A stretch of DNA of 62,954 nt, filler included, from 8 parts of 8 records of this genome joined end to end with filler, not necessarily neighbours in it, one strand, 5' to 3'. Counted from the whole stretch's first letter, positions 37,813 to 49,381 are shown. The notes: a model not told the origin generated them from the letters alone. Numbers and translations: made by a program.

Positions 37813-39237
37813 TTATTTCAGATAACAGTCCACGGCTTCGGCCGCCTTTCTGCCGTGATCCATGGCGCGGACCACAAGAGAGGCTCCGGTCTCGGCGTCT
37901 CCGGCGGCGAACACGCCGTCGATGGAGGTGCCGTAGTTTCCGTCGGTCTTGATATTGCCCCGGCCGTCGAGCTCCAGGTTCAGATCGGTGATGATCCTGT
38001 TGTGCTCCACATGGACGAATCCCATGGCCAGGAAGACCAGATCAACCTTCAGGTCGAACTCGCTGCCCTCGACGGGGACCATCTGAGGGCGTTCGCCGGG
38101 CTTGCCGGGCTTCCATTCGACCCTCTGAAAGCTTCCCTTCGTAACGACGCCGTTCTTGCCTTCGAAGCCGCCCGTGGCGATGTTCCACTCCCTCTCGCAT
38201 CCCTCTTTATGGGAGGATGAGGTTCTCAGGATCTGGGGCCAGTCGGGCCAGCTGGGATTGTGAGATTCCTTCCAGTCCAGGGGCCGGGGCATGATCTCAT
38301 ACTGATACACTTTCTTGGCGCCCTGTCTGTTGGCGGTGCCCACACAGTCGGAACCGGTGTCTCCCCCGCCTATGACCAGGACGGTCTTGCCCTCGGCGTT
38401 TATCACCTCATCGTCGTAGATCTCTCCGGAGACGTTCTTGTTGGACTGTCCCAGGTACTCCAGGGCGAAGTGCACTCCCTTCAGCTCCCGTCCGGGAACG
38501 GGAAGGTTACGGGGAGCGCCGGCGCCCATGGTCAGGAGCACCGCGTCAAACTTGTTCTGAAGATAGCGGATGGAAAGGTCCTCTCCGATGGCCACGCCGG
38601 TCTCGAAGTTCAGTCCCTCGGCCTTCATCTGATCGATTCTTCTATCCAGCACGCCCTTGTCCAGCTTGAAATCGGGGATCCCGTAACGCAGGAGGCCTCC
38701 GATCTTTTCGCTCTTTTCGAAGAGGGTCACCTGATGGCCCATACGGCGCAGCTGCTGGGCGGCCGCCATACCGGCGGGTCCGGAGCCGACGACGGCTACG
38801 CTCTTGCCCGTCTCCGTCTTGGGAGGCCTGGGAACGACCCAGCCCGCGGCAAAGGCCTTTTCGATGATCCCCAGCTCCATCTGCTTGATGGTCACGGGAG
38901 CGTCGTTGATGCTCAGGGTACAGGAGGCCTCACAGGGGGCGGGGCAGACCCGACCGGTGACCTCGGGAAAGTTGCTGGTAATCTCCAGCCGCTCATAGGC
39001 CTCCTTCCACTGCCCTCTGTAGACCGCGTCGTTCCACTCGGGAATAAGGTTTCCCAGGGGACAGCCGAGGATGTGGCAGAAGGGGGTTCCGCAGTCCATA
39101 CAGCGGGCGCCCTGATCGCCGAGACTCTCCACGGGCGTGGGGATCATGACTTCCTTGTAATCCTTCAGTCTTTCTTCAATGGAGCGGTAGGCGAAGTCCG
39201 CTCTCTCATGGTCTAAAAATCCGAGAACCTGTCCCAT
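37813..39237 (-). CDS. gltD: Glutamate synthase small (beta) subunit
   Basis: RCMDCGTPFC..GCP, GRVCPAPCE, VGSGPAG, GGLLRYGIP, IGGGDTGSDC. Confidence 0.97.
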   Translation of the reverse strand: MGQVLGFLDHERADFAYRSIEERLKDYKEVMIPTPVESLGDQGARCMDCGTPFCHILGCPLGNLIPEWNDAVYRGQWKEAYERLEITSNFPEVTGRVCPAPCEASCTLSINDAPVTIKQMELGIIEKAFAAGWVVPRPPKTETGKSVAVVGSGPAGMAAAQQLRRMGHQVTLFEKSEKIGGLLRYGIPDFKLDKGVLDRRIDQMKAEGLNFETGVAIGEDLSIRYLQNKFDAVLLTMGAGAPRNLPVPGRELKGVHFALEYLGQSNKNVSGEIYDDEVINAEGKTVLVIGGGDTGSDCVGTANRQGAKKVYQYEIMPRPLDWKESHNPSWPDWPQILRTSSSHKEGCEREWNIATGGFEGKNGVVTKGSFQRVEWKPGKPGERPQMVPVEGSEFDLKVDLVFLAMGFVHVEHNRIITDLNLELDGRGNIKTDGNYGTSIDGVFAAGDAETGASLVVRAMDHGRKAAEAVDCYLK

Positions 39238-40902
39238 TAGTTATATACCTCCTCGGTAATTGCTGTTTCTTCGGTCTCTTTGGTCTCCCGCTCCTTGATC
39301 CGCTCAAGGGCCTTTCTGTAGTCCAGCGGCATGACCTTGACGAAGTTGGGCAGAGCCTCCTCCCAGGATTCCATCAGACGCTTACCCTGCTTACTGTCCG
39401 TATACTCGATATGGCGGCCTATCATCATCTTGAGGAAATCGATATCCTCCTGCTCGATAACAGGCTCCACATCCACCATCTCCAGGTTACATCTCGTATC
39501 GAAGAGCTGGTTCTCATCGTAGACATAGGCCACGCCTCCGGACATTCCCGCCGCGAAGTTGACGCCCGTCTTACCCAGGATGACCACCCGGCCGCCGGTC
39601 ATATACTCACAGCCGTGGTCTCCCACTCCCTCGACAACCGCTACGGCTCCCGAGTTTCTTACGGCGAAACGTTCACCCGCGCGGCCATTGATATAGGCCT
39701 CGCCGCCGGTGGCTCCGAAGAGGTTGACGTTACCGGTGATGATGTTCCTGTATCCTGAGAAGGTGGAGCCCTTGTGGGGATAGAGGATGATCTTTCCGCC
39801 GGAAAGCCCCTTGCCCAGGTAGTCGTTGCTCTCCCCTTCCAGCTCGAAGGTGATCCCCTTGGTGAGGAAGGCGCCGAAGCTCTGCCCCGCCGATCCTTTG
39901 AGATTGACATGGACGGTATCGTCCGCCAGCCCTTCGGCGCCATAGCGGCTGGTCACCTCGTAACTGAGGGTGGCCCCTACGGTCCTGTTGCAGTTCCTGA
40001 TGGGCTGCTCGATGACAACGGGCTTTCCGTTCTCCAGGGCGTCCTTCGCCTTCTCGATCATCCCCTGATCCAGGGAGAGGGAGAAGTCGTGATCCTGGCT
40101 GGAGATGCAGCGCAGGGATTCGCCGCCCGAGGTATCGGGAGGCGTCAAAACCTTGGAGAAGTCCAGTCCCCGGTCTTTGTAGAAATCAAGGGCGTCGTTG
40201 GCCTCGATCATGTCCACCCGCCCGACCATCTCGTCGAAGGTCCGGAATCCGAGTTCCGCCATGTGCTCCCTCACCTCTTCGGCGACGAAGGTCATGAAGT
40301 TTCTGATATGTTCGGGCTTACCCTGGAATCTCTTTCTCAGCTCGGGATTCTGGGTAGCGATTCCCACGGGACAGGCATTGGTGTGGCACTTTCTCATCAT
40401 GACGCATCCCAGGGACACGAGAGAGGCCGTACCGAAACCGAACTCCTCGGCTCCCAGCAGGGCGGCGATGACGACATCCCGTCCGGTCTTCATCTGACCG
40501 TCGCACTGGATGCGGATCCTGGATCTCAGCTTGTTCATAACCAGGACCTGCTGGGTTTCGGCCAGTCCGATCTCCCAATAGGATCCCGCATGTTTGAGAG
40601 AGGACAGGGGCGACGCTCCCGTTCCCCCGTCTCCTCCGGAGATCAGAACCATATCGGCCTTGCCCTTGGCCACGCCTGCGGCGACCGTACCGACTCCCAC
40701 TTCGGAAACCAGCTTGACAGAAACGCGGGCCTTGGGGTTGGCGTTCTTCAGGTCGAAGATAAGCTGGGACAGGTCCTCGATGGAGTAAATGTCATGGTGG
40801 GGCGGAGGGGAGATCAGCATAACGCCGGGGGTGGAGTGCCGTACCCGGGCGACCACCTCGTTCACCTTGTGACCGGGCAGCTGGCCGCCTTCGCCGGGCT
40901 TG
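39237..40902 (-). CDS. gltB: Glutamate synthase large (alpha) subunit, C-terminal part
   Basis: [37 protein letters not shown] domain ([21 protein letters not shown]). Confidence 0.97.
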
Positions 40903-41002
40903 NNNNNNNNNNNNNNNNNNNNNNNNNNNNNNNNNNNNNNNNNNNNTTAATTAATTAANNNNNNNNNNNNNNNNNNNNNNNNNNNNNNNNNNNNNNNNNN
41001 NN
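40903..41002. other. Artificial contig linker
   Basis: N run with TTAATTAATTAA. Confidence 0.99.
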
Positions 41003-42599
41003 ATTGTATCAACTCATTTGGATACCCTTTTATATCAATCGAATGATCAAGGTTTAATACTAACTCTACACTATGTCTATTAAAAGAGGGACTTACAAGA
41101 TTCAAAAAGGTTTCTATATTTTGAGAGAGATTAAACTGTATAAACTTCCGTTCATTTTTAATAAAATTTTTAAAGTCATCGATAGTATTTGAAAGATATT
41201 GAGCATTGTCATTAATAATATTACACGTTTTCTCAAGCTGTTCATCACTTAAATCATTGAGTTTTTTTTGTAATATCATCCCAGTAGCTCCAGTAGAGAT
41301 CACTGAGAGTGGTTGTCTCCACTGATGTGAAATATTACCTATCATCTCACCCATTGAAGACATCTTTTCTGCTTGGTGAAGTTTTTTTAATATCTGTTCA
41401 TGCTCTTGTAAGGCTTTTTCAACTTTTTTTTCTAACTCTTTATTGATCTCTTGGAGTTGTTTTGTTTTTAGATCCACTTGGGATTGAAGATTTTGATTTA
41501 GATGTTCTAACTGTGTAATATCAACAAAAATGATACGAAACTTAATCTCTTCAAACTCATTTTCTTTATTACATGTGATCTTAAAATAGATATCACCTAT
41601 CTTTATTTTATACTCAACTTGTTCATATGTATCTAAAGTATCATGAATGATATTGTCCCATATATCTTTATCTAATACTTTTAATATACTTTGATCTATA
41701 ACCTTAACTCCAAATAGATCAAAAGCTTTTTTATTGCACCAGCTAATGATATATTCTCTATCAAAAAGGCTTACCTCTACGATAGCTTCTTGTATTGAGT
41801 TAAGTGCAAGTTTTGATTGTTCTAGTTTTTTTTCTATAAGTGAGCCATAGGTTCCTTTTATAATATTTAAAAGATCTCGTATACTTAAAATCTTATATTG
41901 ATCCCTATCTTGAACCACGATTCTTTGAATATGGTTTTCTTTCATAGTTGCCAATACTGTTTCAACTGTTTCATCTATCTTTGCATAAATAATTGGTTTA
42001 CTCATTATAGTAGAGATTTTTTCATCTATTTTTTTATTTTTTTGGATAACCTTTACAGTATCTCTTTCAGTGATGATCCCCTCAGGTACATTCTCTTTTG
42101 TAACTATAACTGAACCAATTTTATTTTTTTTCATTATCTCAAAGGCATCTTTTATTGTAGAGTTATGATCAAGGGTAATTATAGTGTGGAGGTTACTAAG
42201 ATGATAAAGTTTCATCTTTATTTTATATACTTCTTTATCTACATAGTGTATTAACTCCTCTTGAGTTGTTACACCCACAAAATTATCATTATTATCAACT
42301 ATGACTACTCTTCTAAAACCAAACTCTATAAGGGAAAATAACACATATTCAACACTTCTATTCTCTTTAAAAGTGATCACGTCTTTGTGTGCATACTGAT
42401 AAGCTGATTTTTGATGATTATCGGCATTGAGTAAATAAGTTACCAAATCCTTTTCTGTTAAGATTCCAATCACTTTATTATTTTCACAAAAAACTACAAA
42501 ACCATTTTTATTATTTGACATTTGTTCAATGGCTTCTAATATTGTTGCCTCTTTTGTTAATATGGGAAAATTCTTATTTATTATTGCACTTACTAACAT
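41003..42599 (-). CDS. Cytoplasmic sensor histidine kinase with four CBS domains and a PAS-like region; truncated
   Basis: CBS motifs GILTEKD, GVTTQEE, GIITERD, ILSIRD; H-box GEMIGNISHQWRQPL. Confidence 0.88.
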
Positions 42600-42764
42600 T
42601 ATCTTCCTTTTTTAAACACTTCAATAGAGCTATACTCTTAATAGTCATTTTATGTAAAAAATACTTAAAAGAGTCTCTACTTTTAAAATACTTGCAAAAT
42701 GCAATTTTTTTAAAAAATACTTTTTATTTTTGTTATGATTCAAAAAAACTAAAAGGTATCAAGG

Positions 42765-43271
42765 ATGGAAAAAGATATTTTATGTAGATGCAAATGTGGT
42801 GGAGAAGTTATTACTCATTCACACCTTTATGAATGTAATAAGTGTAACTCCCAAGTGTGGAAAGTAAGCTTTCGTAGAGAATTTAAAGAGCGTGAAGTAA
42901 AAAAGCTTTTTCGAGGGGAAACGATTATGTTAAAAGGTATCAAATCAAACTCAAATACCCTTTTTGATACAAAAGCTAGATTAAGTGAAAAAAAAGTGGA
43001 ACTTCTTTTTGATGAAAATACAAAACCTACTACTATGTTTTTATGTCAATGTGGTGGAGAAGTCACACAAATAAAAGGGGGCTATAGATGTAACTCTTGT
43101 GAACAAATAGTTTGGGAGAAGTTTATGAATAAAATGCTCACCTTTAGACAGATCAAAAGACTTTTTAAAGGGGATGAACTTAAACTTACAAACTTACGAT
43201 CAAGTCGTGGAAATATTTTTAATGCTGAAATCTACTATATTGATAAAGAATTGAATTTAGATTATATTTGA
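42765..43271 (+). CDS. Stand-alone protein of two topoisomerase C-terminal-repeat / Zn-ribbon units
   Basis: Two ~80-aa repeats CxCGGEV...YxCxxC..QVW/IVW...K.LF.G...S..G/N..F.A/T. Confidence 0.7.
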   Translation: MEKDILCRCKCGGEVITHSHLYECNKCNSQVWKVSFRREFKEREVKKLFRGETIMLKGIKSNSNTLFDTKARLSEKKVELLFDENTKPTTMFLCQCGGEVTQIKGGYRCNSCEQIVWEKFMNKMLTFRQIKRLFKGDELKLTNLRSSRGNIFNAEIYYIDKELNLDYI

Positions 43272-43305
43272 TACAATACACATAATTTCAATAAAAGGGT
43301 TTCAT

Positions 43306-44085
43306 GTGTTATTAGGGGTAAATATAGACCACATCGCTGTTCTAAGAGAAGCAAGAAAAATCAATGATCCAAATATTATAGATGCTGTTGGTATTTGTAA
43401 ACTAGCTGGAGCTGATCAGATCACGATCCACTTAAGAGAAGATAGACGTCATATCCACGATAGTGATGCAAAAAATATTATTGCACTCTCTCCACTTCCA
43501 GTAAACCTTGAATGTAGTATCAATGATGATATTATCGATATAGTATGTGATTTAAAGCCCCATAGAGCTACACTAGTACCTGAAAATAGAGAAGAGGTCA
43601 CCACTGAGGGTGGACTTAATATCTCTTCAAATATTTCTCAGATACAAAAAACTATAAAAAAGCTTCATGAGCATGAGATCGAAGTATCACTTTTCATTGA
43701 TCCAAATATCCATATGATCAATATCTCAAAAGAGATTGGGGCTGAATGGATTGAGCTTCATACAGGATCATTTGCAAATATCTATGCGATGCTTTATGGG
43801 GGACTTGATAATTCTCACCATAGTATCAAAGAGCTTGAACTTCCAAGAGCTGAACTTAAGAAAAAACTAGATCATTCAATAGAACAGATCATCCAAGCAG
43901 CTGAGCAAGCTCAAAAGATAGGTTTAAAAGTAGCTGCTGGTCATGGACTTAATTATCAAAACATTGATATGATCACAGATATTAAAAGTATAGAGGAGCT
44001 GAATATTGGTCAAAGTATTATTGCACGGTCTGTTTTTACAGGGCTTCATAAAGCGATACTAGATATGAAAGAGCTTACAAAATAG
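43306..44085 (+). CDS. pdxJ: Pyridoxine 5'-phosphate synthase
   Basis: LGVNIDHIA.LREAR, ITIHLREDRRHI, TLVPE.REEVTTEGG, AGHGL, ELNIG. Confidence 0.97.
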   Translation: MLLGVNIDHIAVLREARKINDPNIIDAVGICKLAGADQITIHLREDRRHIHDSDAKNIIALSPLPVNLECSINDDIIDIVCDLKPHRATLVPENREEVTTEGGLNISSNISQIQKTIKKLHEHEIEVSLFIDPNIHMINISKEIGAEWIELHTGSFANIYAMLYGGLDNSHHSIKELELPRAELKKKLDHSIEQIIQAAEQAQKIGLKVAAGHGLNYQNIDMITDIKSIEELNIGQSIIARSVFTGLHKAILDMKELTK

Positions 44086-44997
44086 ATGAAAAAAATTGCA
44101 ATAAGTTTAGGTGATCCAAATGGTATAGGGATAGAGCTCGCTCTTAGATCCCATAGTACGATTTCTAAACTCTGCCAACCTATCTATTGTATTGATAAAA
44201 AACTTTTAAATCAAGCCTCTAAAAAGCTCTCTTTACCTATTCCAAAAGACCTTAATCTTTTTGGAAAATACTCAAAAGTTTCTATAACTCCAGGATTTGT
44301 TTCAAGAGATGCTGGTCTTTTTTCATACCAATCTTTTTTAACAGCTATCAACTTAGCAAAAGAGAATAAGGTAGATGCGATCTGTACCTTGCCAATCAAT
44401 AAAGAAGCTTGGGCAAAAGCAGGAATAGAATATGTTGGACATACAGATATGCTAAGAGATGAGTTTGGGGAAGATGCTATTATGATGCTAGGATGCCAAA
44501 AGCTTTTTGTAGCTCTTTATACAGAACATATCCCATTAAAAAAAGTTCCTAAAGCTTTAAAAGTAAAAAAACTTACAAGCTTTTTATTAAATCTACAAAA
44601 CTCTTTAAATACCAATGAAACTATTGGGGTTCTTGGATTAAATCCCCATGCTGGAGATAATGGTGTTTTAGGGGATGAAGAGATCAAAATAAAAAAAGCG
44701 ATCAAAAGAGCAAATAAAAGACTAGAAAAAAATATCTTTGAGGGTCCACTTGTACCAGATATCGCTTTTACTAAAACATCAAGGGAAAAATATCGATACT
44801 TTGTAGCAATTTATCATGATCAAGGTTTAGCACCTCTAAAAGCTCTATATTTTGATGAAAGTATCAATGTATCTTTAAATCTACCAATTTTAAGAACCTC
44901 TGTAGATCATGGAACTGCTTTTGATATAGCTTACAAAAAGTCTCATACTCTTTGTAACAAAAGCTATATCAATGCAATCAAGATGGCTATAGCTTAG
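44086..44997 (+). CDS. pdxA: 4-hydroxythreonine-4-phosphate dehydrogenase
   Basis: GDPNGIG, PINK, GHTD, GLNPHAGD, YHDQGL, RTSVDHGTAFDIA. Confidence 0.97.
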   Translation: MKKIAISLGDPNGIGIELALRSHSTISKLCQPIYCIDKKLLNQASKKLSLPIPKDLNLFGKYSKVSITPGFVSRDAGLFSYQSFLTAINLAKENKVDAICTLPINKEAWAKAGIEYVGHTDMLRDEFGEDAIMMLGCQKLFVALYTEHIPLKKVPKALKVKKLTSFLLNLQNSLNTNETIGVLGLNPHAGDNGVLGDEEIKIKKAIKRANKRLEKNIFEGPLVPDIAFTKTSREKYRYFVAIYHDQGLAPLKALYFDESINVSLNLPILRTSVDHGTAFDIAYKKSHTLCNKSYINAIKMAIA

Positions 44998-45923
44998 CCA
45001 TCATTTGTAATTGTTTCAATAAGCTCTTCTAAAACTCTTTCAGAATCTTCATGGGACACTTGACAAGTTCCAGCTGCTTTGTGACCACCGCCACCATATT
45101 TTAAACAAAGCTCACCAATATTTGTTTTAGATGTTCTATTAACAATAGATTTTCCTAAAGCAAATACTGTATTTTGTTTTTGGAATCCCCAGATAACATG
45201 GATAGAGATATTTACCTCTGGATTTACTGCATACATTACAAATCTATTTCCTGGATAGATAATCTCTTCATCTCTAAGATCAAGTACGATTAAGTTGTTA
45301 TACATGATAGAACATCTCTCTAATTGTTCTCTAAATCTATCTTCATATTCATTATAAAGTTCAACTCTCTCTACCACATCTGGAAGCTGCATAATCTCTT
45401 CAATAGTATGATCGATACAATAATCAATTAAGTCCATCATTAATTGGTAATTTGAGATTCTAAACTCTTTAAATCTTCCAAGACCAGTTCTTGAATCCAT
45501 AAGGAAACTAAGGAGTTCCCAACCTTGTGGATTTAAGATCTCATCTACACTAAATTGAGCTGCATCTGCTTTATCAACTGCCATCATCATAAGATCACTA
45601 ATTTGTGGTAACTTTGCTTTTCCACCATAATAGTTGTATACAACTCTAGCAGCACTTGGAGCATCTGGCTCAATAATATGATTATCAGCTTTTTCATTTC
45701 TGATAGTTTCACTCTCATGATGATCAAATACCATATACGCTTGTGGAACATATGGAAGATTTGTGATGATATCATTTTCAGTGATCTCTATCTTTCCATC
45801 TTGCATATCTTTAGGGTGAACAAATTTTATATCATCTACCATATCTAATTGTTTTAGGATTACTGCACATACTAATCCATCCATATCACTTCTTGTTACT
45901 AGTCTATATTTTTTATTAGCCAT
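44994..45923 (-). CDS. DHH/DHHA1-family phosphoesterase (nanoRNase/exopolyphosphatase-like)
   Basis: TRSDMDG, FDHH, SAARVV, GGGGHKAAG. Confidence 0.85.
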   Translation of the reverse strand: MANKKYRLVTRSDMDGLVCAVILKQLDMVDDIKFVHPKDMQDGKIEITENDIITNLPYVPQAYMVFDHHESETIRNEKADNHIIEPDAPSAARVVYNYYGGKAKLPQISDLMMMAVDKADAAQFSVDEILNPQGWELLSFLMDSRTGLGRFKEFRISNYQLMMDLIDYCIDHTIEEIMQLPDVVERVELYNEYEDRFREQLERCSIMYNNLIVLDLRDEEIIYPGNRFVMYAVNPEVNISIHVIWGFQKQNTVFALGKSIVNRTSKTNIGELCLKYGGGGHKAAGTCQVSHEDSERVLEELIETITNDG

Positions 45924-45932
45924 AAAATTCCC

Positions 45933-46598
45933 CTATTCTAAATTTGTAAATACATTTTGAACATCATCATCATCTTCAAGTTTATCTAAAAGAATTGAAA
46001 GTTCTTCCATCTGCTCGTCTGTTATCTCTACTGGAGAGTTTGGAATTCTTTGAAGTGAACCTTTTTCATACTCTATTTCCAACTCTTCAAGTTTTTTTGA
46101 CATATCACCAAAATCTTTATAATCTACTATAATAGAGATATTTTCATCATCCTCTTGCTTGATCTCTTCCAATCCAGCATCAATAAGCTCTAACTCTAAC
46201 TCTTCCATATCCATCTCAGGAACTTTAAGCTCAAACACTGCTTTTCGAGAGAACATAAACTCCAAAGACCCAGTAGGAACAACCTCTCCACCAGCTTTTT
46301 TAAAAATATTTTTTATATTTGCTACGGTTCTTGTATTATTATCAGTTGCAGCTTCTACAAAGATAAGAACACCATGTTGCCATTTCCCTTCATAGTTTAC
46401 TTCTGCAAGATCTGCTGCATCTTTAGAAGTAGCTCTTTTAATTGCTGCTTCAATATTATCTTTTGGTAAATTTTGTGATTTTGCTGTTGCAATTGCTGTT
46501 CGAAGTGCTGGATTAAGCTCTGGATCAGCCCCTCCACTTTTTGCTGCCATTGTGATTGCTTTTGCTAATTTTGGGAAAACTCTTGACATATTTCCCCA
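45933..46598 (-). CDS. yebC: YebC/PmpR family protein, N-terminally truncated
   Basis: GGADPELNPALR, NLPKDNIEAAI, TDNNTRT, LEDDDDVQNVFTN. Confidence 0.93.
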   Translation of the reverse strand, partial: WGNMSRVFPKLAKAITMAAKSGGADPELNPALRTAIATAKSQNLPKDNIEAAIKRATSKDAADLAEVNYEGKWQHGVLIFVEAATDNNTRTVANIKNIFKKAGGEVVPTGSLEFMFSRKAVFELKVPEMDMEELELELIDAGLEEIKQEDDENISIIVDYKDFGDMSKKLEELEIEYEKGSLQRIPNSPVEITDEQMEELSILLDKLEDDDDVQNVFTNLE

Positions 46599-46698
46599 NN
46601 NNNNNNNNNNNNNNNNNNNNNNNNNNNNNNNNNNNNNNNNNNTTAATTAATTAANNNNNNNNNNNNNNNNNNNNNNNNNNNNNNNNNNNNNNNNNNNN
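46599..46698. other. Artificial contig linker
   Basis: N run with TTAATTAATTAA. Confidence 0.99.
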
Positions 46699-47356
46699 AT
46701 CAACCCTGGCCAAAACGATTTTGCGCCTGCTTCCATTTAACGGCAGTGTCCGTTTGGACGGACGGGATATTGCGCCGCTTTCCGGTAAAACACTTCTCCC
46801 GGTGCGCAGACGGATGCAGATTGTATTCCAGGACCCCTTTGCCAGCCTCAACCCGCGCATGACCATCGGAGAAATCATCGCCGAAGGACTGAAAGCCCAG
46901 GGCCGTCCATCCGATAAAACCGGCGACACCAACCCTTCGGCTGTTATTTCCGCCGGAACAACGGACGAGATGGTTGCACAGGCCCTGAAAAAGGTTGGTC
47001 TTACGCCTTCCATGGGCCAACGGTATCCCCATGAATTTTCCGGGGGACAGCGCCAGCGTATCGCCATTGCCAGGGCCATTGTCATGGGCCCGGACCTGCT
47101 GATCCTGGATGAACCGACCTCATCCCTTGACCGCAACCTCCAGTTTCAGATACTTGACCTGCTGGGCAATCTTCAACAGGAGCTGGACATGGCGTATCTT
47201 TTTATCACCCATGACCTGAAACTGGTCCAGGGTTTCTGCAACAGGGTCATGATCATGCGCCAGGGACGCATGGTCGAAGAGGGAAATACCCGGGAAATTT
47301 TCACATCACCGTCAGCGCCCTATACCAGGGAACTTCTGGCTGCTGCCGGATTATAG
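46699..47356 (+). CDS. Peptide ABC transporter ATPase (YejF/OppF-like), C-terminal part
   Basis: VFQDPFASLNPR, YPHEFSGGQRQR, ILDEPTSSLD, ITHDL. Confidence 0.92.
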
Positions 47357-47546
47357 CGTCTCCCATATGAATTGGGCCGTCCCTATTCGCCCCCAGCTCC
47401 CGGAAACGGGTCTGGCATTTTGTGTTTGACATGCTCCCGGCCGCCATACTAACCTGATGGAGGCATATCGTTCAGGAGAAATAAATCGGCAGGGGGTGAT
47501 GTTTTGCCAGCCGCCCCCCATTGCACCGGATAACAACGGAAAGCTG

Positions 47547-48374
47547 ATGAAACATTGCAGATATTGTATCATAGCGCTGTCACTGATTCTTTTGCTTTTG
47601 CAAGGCCGGCTCCACGCCGGGGTCAACGTCACCGTCTATTGCGATGAGGGCTACCCGCCTTACAGCTACCTGGAGAAAGGCCGAATCAAGGGCATCTACA
47701 CCCGGATTCTGACCCGGGCATTTGACCGCATGACCGGCTATACCGTCACCATCAAAGCCGTTCCTTATAAACGGGGGCTCAATCTGCTGGAGACCGGCAA
47801 GGGATTTGCCATCTACCCGCCCTACTACTATCCCGATGAGCGGCCTTACATGGACTACTCCATCCCAATCCTGGAAGAGCGGCTCACCGCCTTTACCACC
47901 CCCCGGATCACCAAACAGCGGCATCTCACCCAATGGCCCCGGGACTTCCTGGGACTGCGCATAGGAAAAAACCGCGGATTTGTGATTTCAAAGGATCCCG
48001 ACCATGTCCAGGCGGTCAAGGCCGGCACCATCCAGGTCGAAGAGGCCGGTGGAAACCGGGAAAACATCCTGAAACTTGCCACAGGGCGCATCGATGTCTA
48101 TGTCAACGACGACCGCTCCATCCTCTGGGAGTTAGGAAGACTCCGGGAATGCGGGATGTATGACCCGGCAAAGGGCCACCAGCCCATTGTCATGGGTCCC
48201 ACCCTTTCCATTCAACACGGTTTTCTCGGGTTCACCAACAGGGATGAAGGACGATTCTTCTACAAAAAAGATTTCAAGCGCCGGTTGAACACCATCATCA
48301 AATCCATGCAGGACAGCGGAGAGATCGACCGGCTGGTCAGGGAGAGCTTTGCCGCAATGCCGTGCCCGGAATAG
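47547..48374 (+). CDS. Amino-acid ABC-type substrate-binding protein (family 3-like)
   Basis: Signal peptide after MKHCRY, YPPYSY...GI, VPYKRG, L.TGRID, M.DSGEI; start placed at ATG 47547. Confidence 0.8.
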   Translation: MKHCRYCIIALSLILLLLQGRLHAGVNVTVYCDEGYPPYSYLEKGRIKGIYTRILTRAFDRMTGYTVTIKAVPYKRGLNLLETGKGFAIYPPYYYPDERPYMDYSIPILEERLTAFTTPRITKQRHLTQWPRDFLGLRIGKNRGFVISKDPDHVQAVKAGTIQVEEAGGNRENILKLATGRIDVYVNDDRSILWELGRLRECGMYDPAKGHQPIVMGPTLSIQHGFLGFTNRDEGRFFYKKDFKRRLNTIIKSMQDSGEIDRLVRESFAAMPCPE

Positions 48375-48380
48375 GGCGGC

Positions 48381-49301
48381 CTATTTGGAAAACAGTCTGC
48401 CCTGGAACGACTCCCTTGCCGCCATGGTATCCTGAATCATCTTAAAGGTCTCGTTTCTCTCCATGGACCAGGCCGGCGCCGCAAGCTCTTCCGGATGGGG
48501 ATCCCCGGTAACCCGCTGGATAATCATCTCCTTCGGAAGAAGCTCCAGAAAATCGCACAGGATATCCACATACTCCCGTTGTTCAAGGCAGCGGTATTCG
48601 CCCCGTTTCCACATCTCCTCCAGGGGGGTGTCCTTGACGACATAGAGAAGATGAAGCTTGACCCCGTCGATGCCAAGGTCCCCCAGCACCTTTGCCGTCT
48701 CAAGCATCATGGCGCGGTCCTCCCCGGGCAGCCCCAGGATCACATGGGCGCACACATTGATGCCCCGTTCCCGGGTCATGGCAGCCGCCTGTTTGAAACA
48801 CGCAAAATCGTGGCCCCGGTTAATCCGTTTCAGGGTTGAATCGTGGACCGACTGCAACCCATACTCCACCCAGACGAGATAATCATCGGTGTAGGAGGCA
48901 ATGAGGTCCAGTTTCTCATCATCCACACAGTCGGGCCGGGTGCCGATGGCCATGCCGACCATTCCGGGAACCGAAAGGGCCTCGTCATACATCCGCTTCA
49001 TGTTGGCACAACTGGTGTAGGTGTTGGTATAGGACTGGAAGTAAACAAGGAACTTGCTCGCCTTGTAACGCCGTATCATGGCCCTTCTGCCCCTCTCGAT
49101 CTGCTCGTTGATGGACAGTCCCTTGCTGAAAAGTCCGGACCCGGAGCCCCTGCTGTTACAATAGATACACCCGCCCGAAGCAATGGATCCGTCCCGGTTG
49201 GGGCATCCCAGCCCCGTATCCACGGTGATCTTCTGGACCCGCTGGCCGAAAATAGATCGTAGATATTTGTTATAGTCTGAATAGCGCCGTTTGATGCTCA
49301 T
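48381..49301 (-). CDS. TIGR01212 family radical SAM protein (YhcC/YtqA-MnmL-like)
   Basis: CPNRDG...GGCIYC, YFQSYTNTY, IGTRPDC, EYGLQS, INRGH, HVILGLPGE. Confidence 0.92.
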   Translation of the reverse strand: MSIKRRYSDYNKYLRSIFGQRVQKITVDTGLGCPNRDGSIASGGCIYCNSRGSGSGLFSKGLSINEQIERGRRAMIRRYKASKFLVYFQSYTNTYTSCANMKRMYDEALSVPGMVGMAIGTRPDCVDDEKLDLIASYTDDYLVWVEYGLQSVHDSTLKRINRGHDFACFKQAAAMTRERGINVCAHVILGLPGEDRAMMLETAKVLGDLGIDGVKLHLLYVVKDTPLEEMWKRGEYRCLEQREYVDILCDFLELLPKEMIIQRVTGDPHPEELAAPAWSMERNETFKMIQDTMAARESFQGRLFSK

Positions 49302-49381
49302 CTGAAAAATCGTTCCCCTTGTTATCACCCGTGCTCTTCTTGTCTTGACCCGGGCGGAAACCAGATATATATTACATTCCC

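Noticed and set aside
15024-40902. Functional link between the mutase and gltBD as glutamate metabolism
   Set aside because: Different contigs, and the mutase lacks the glutamate-binding residues.
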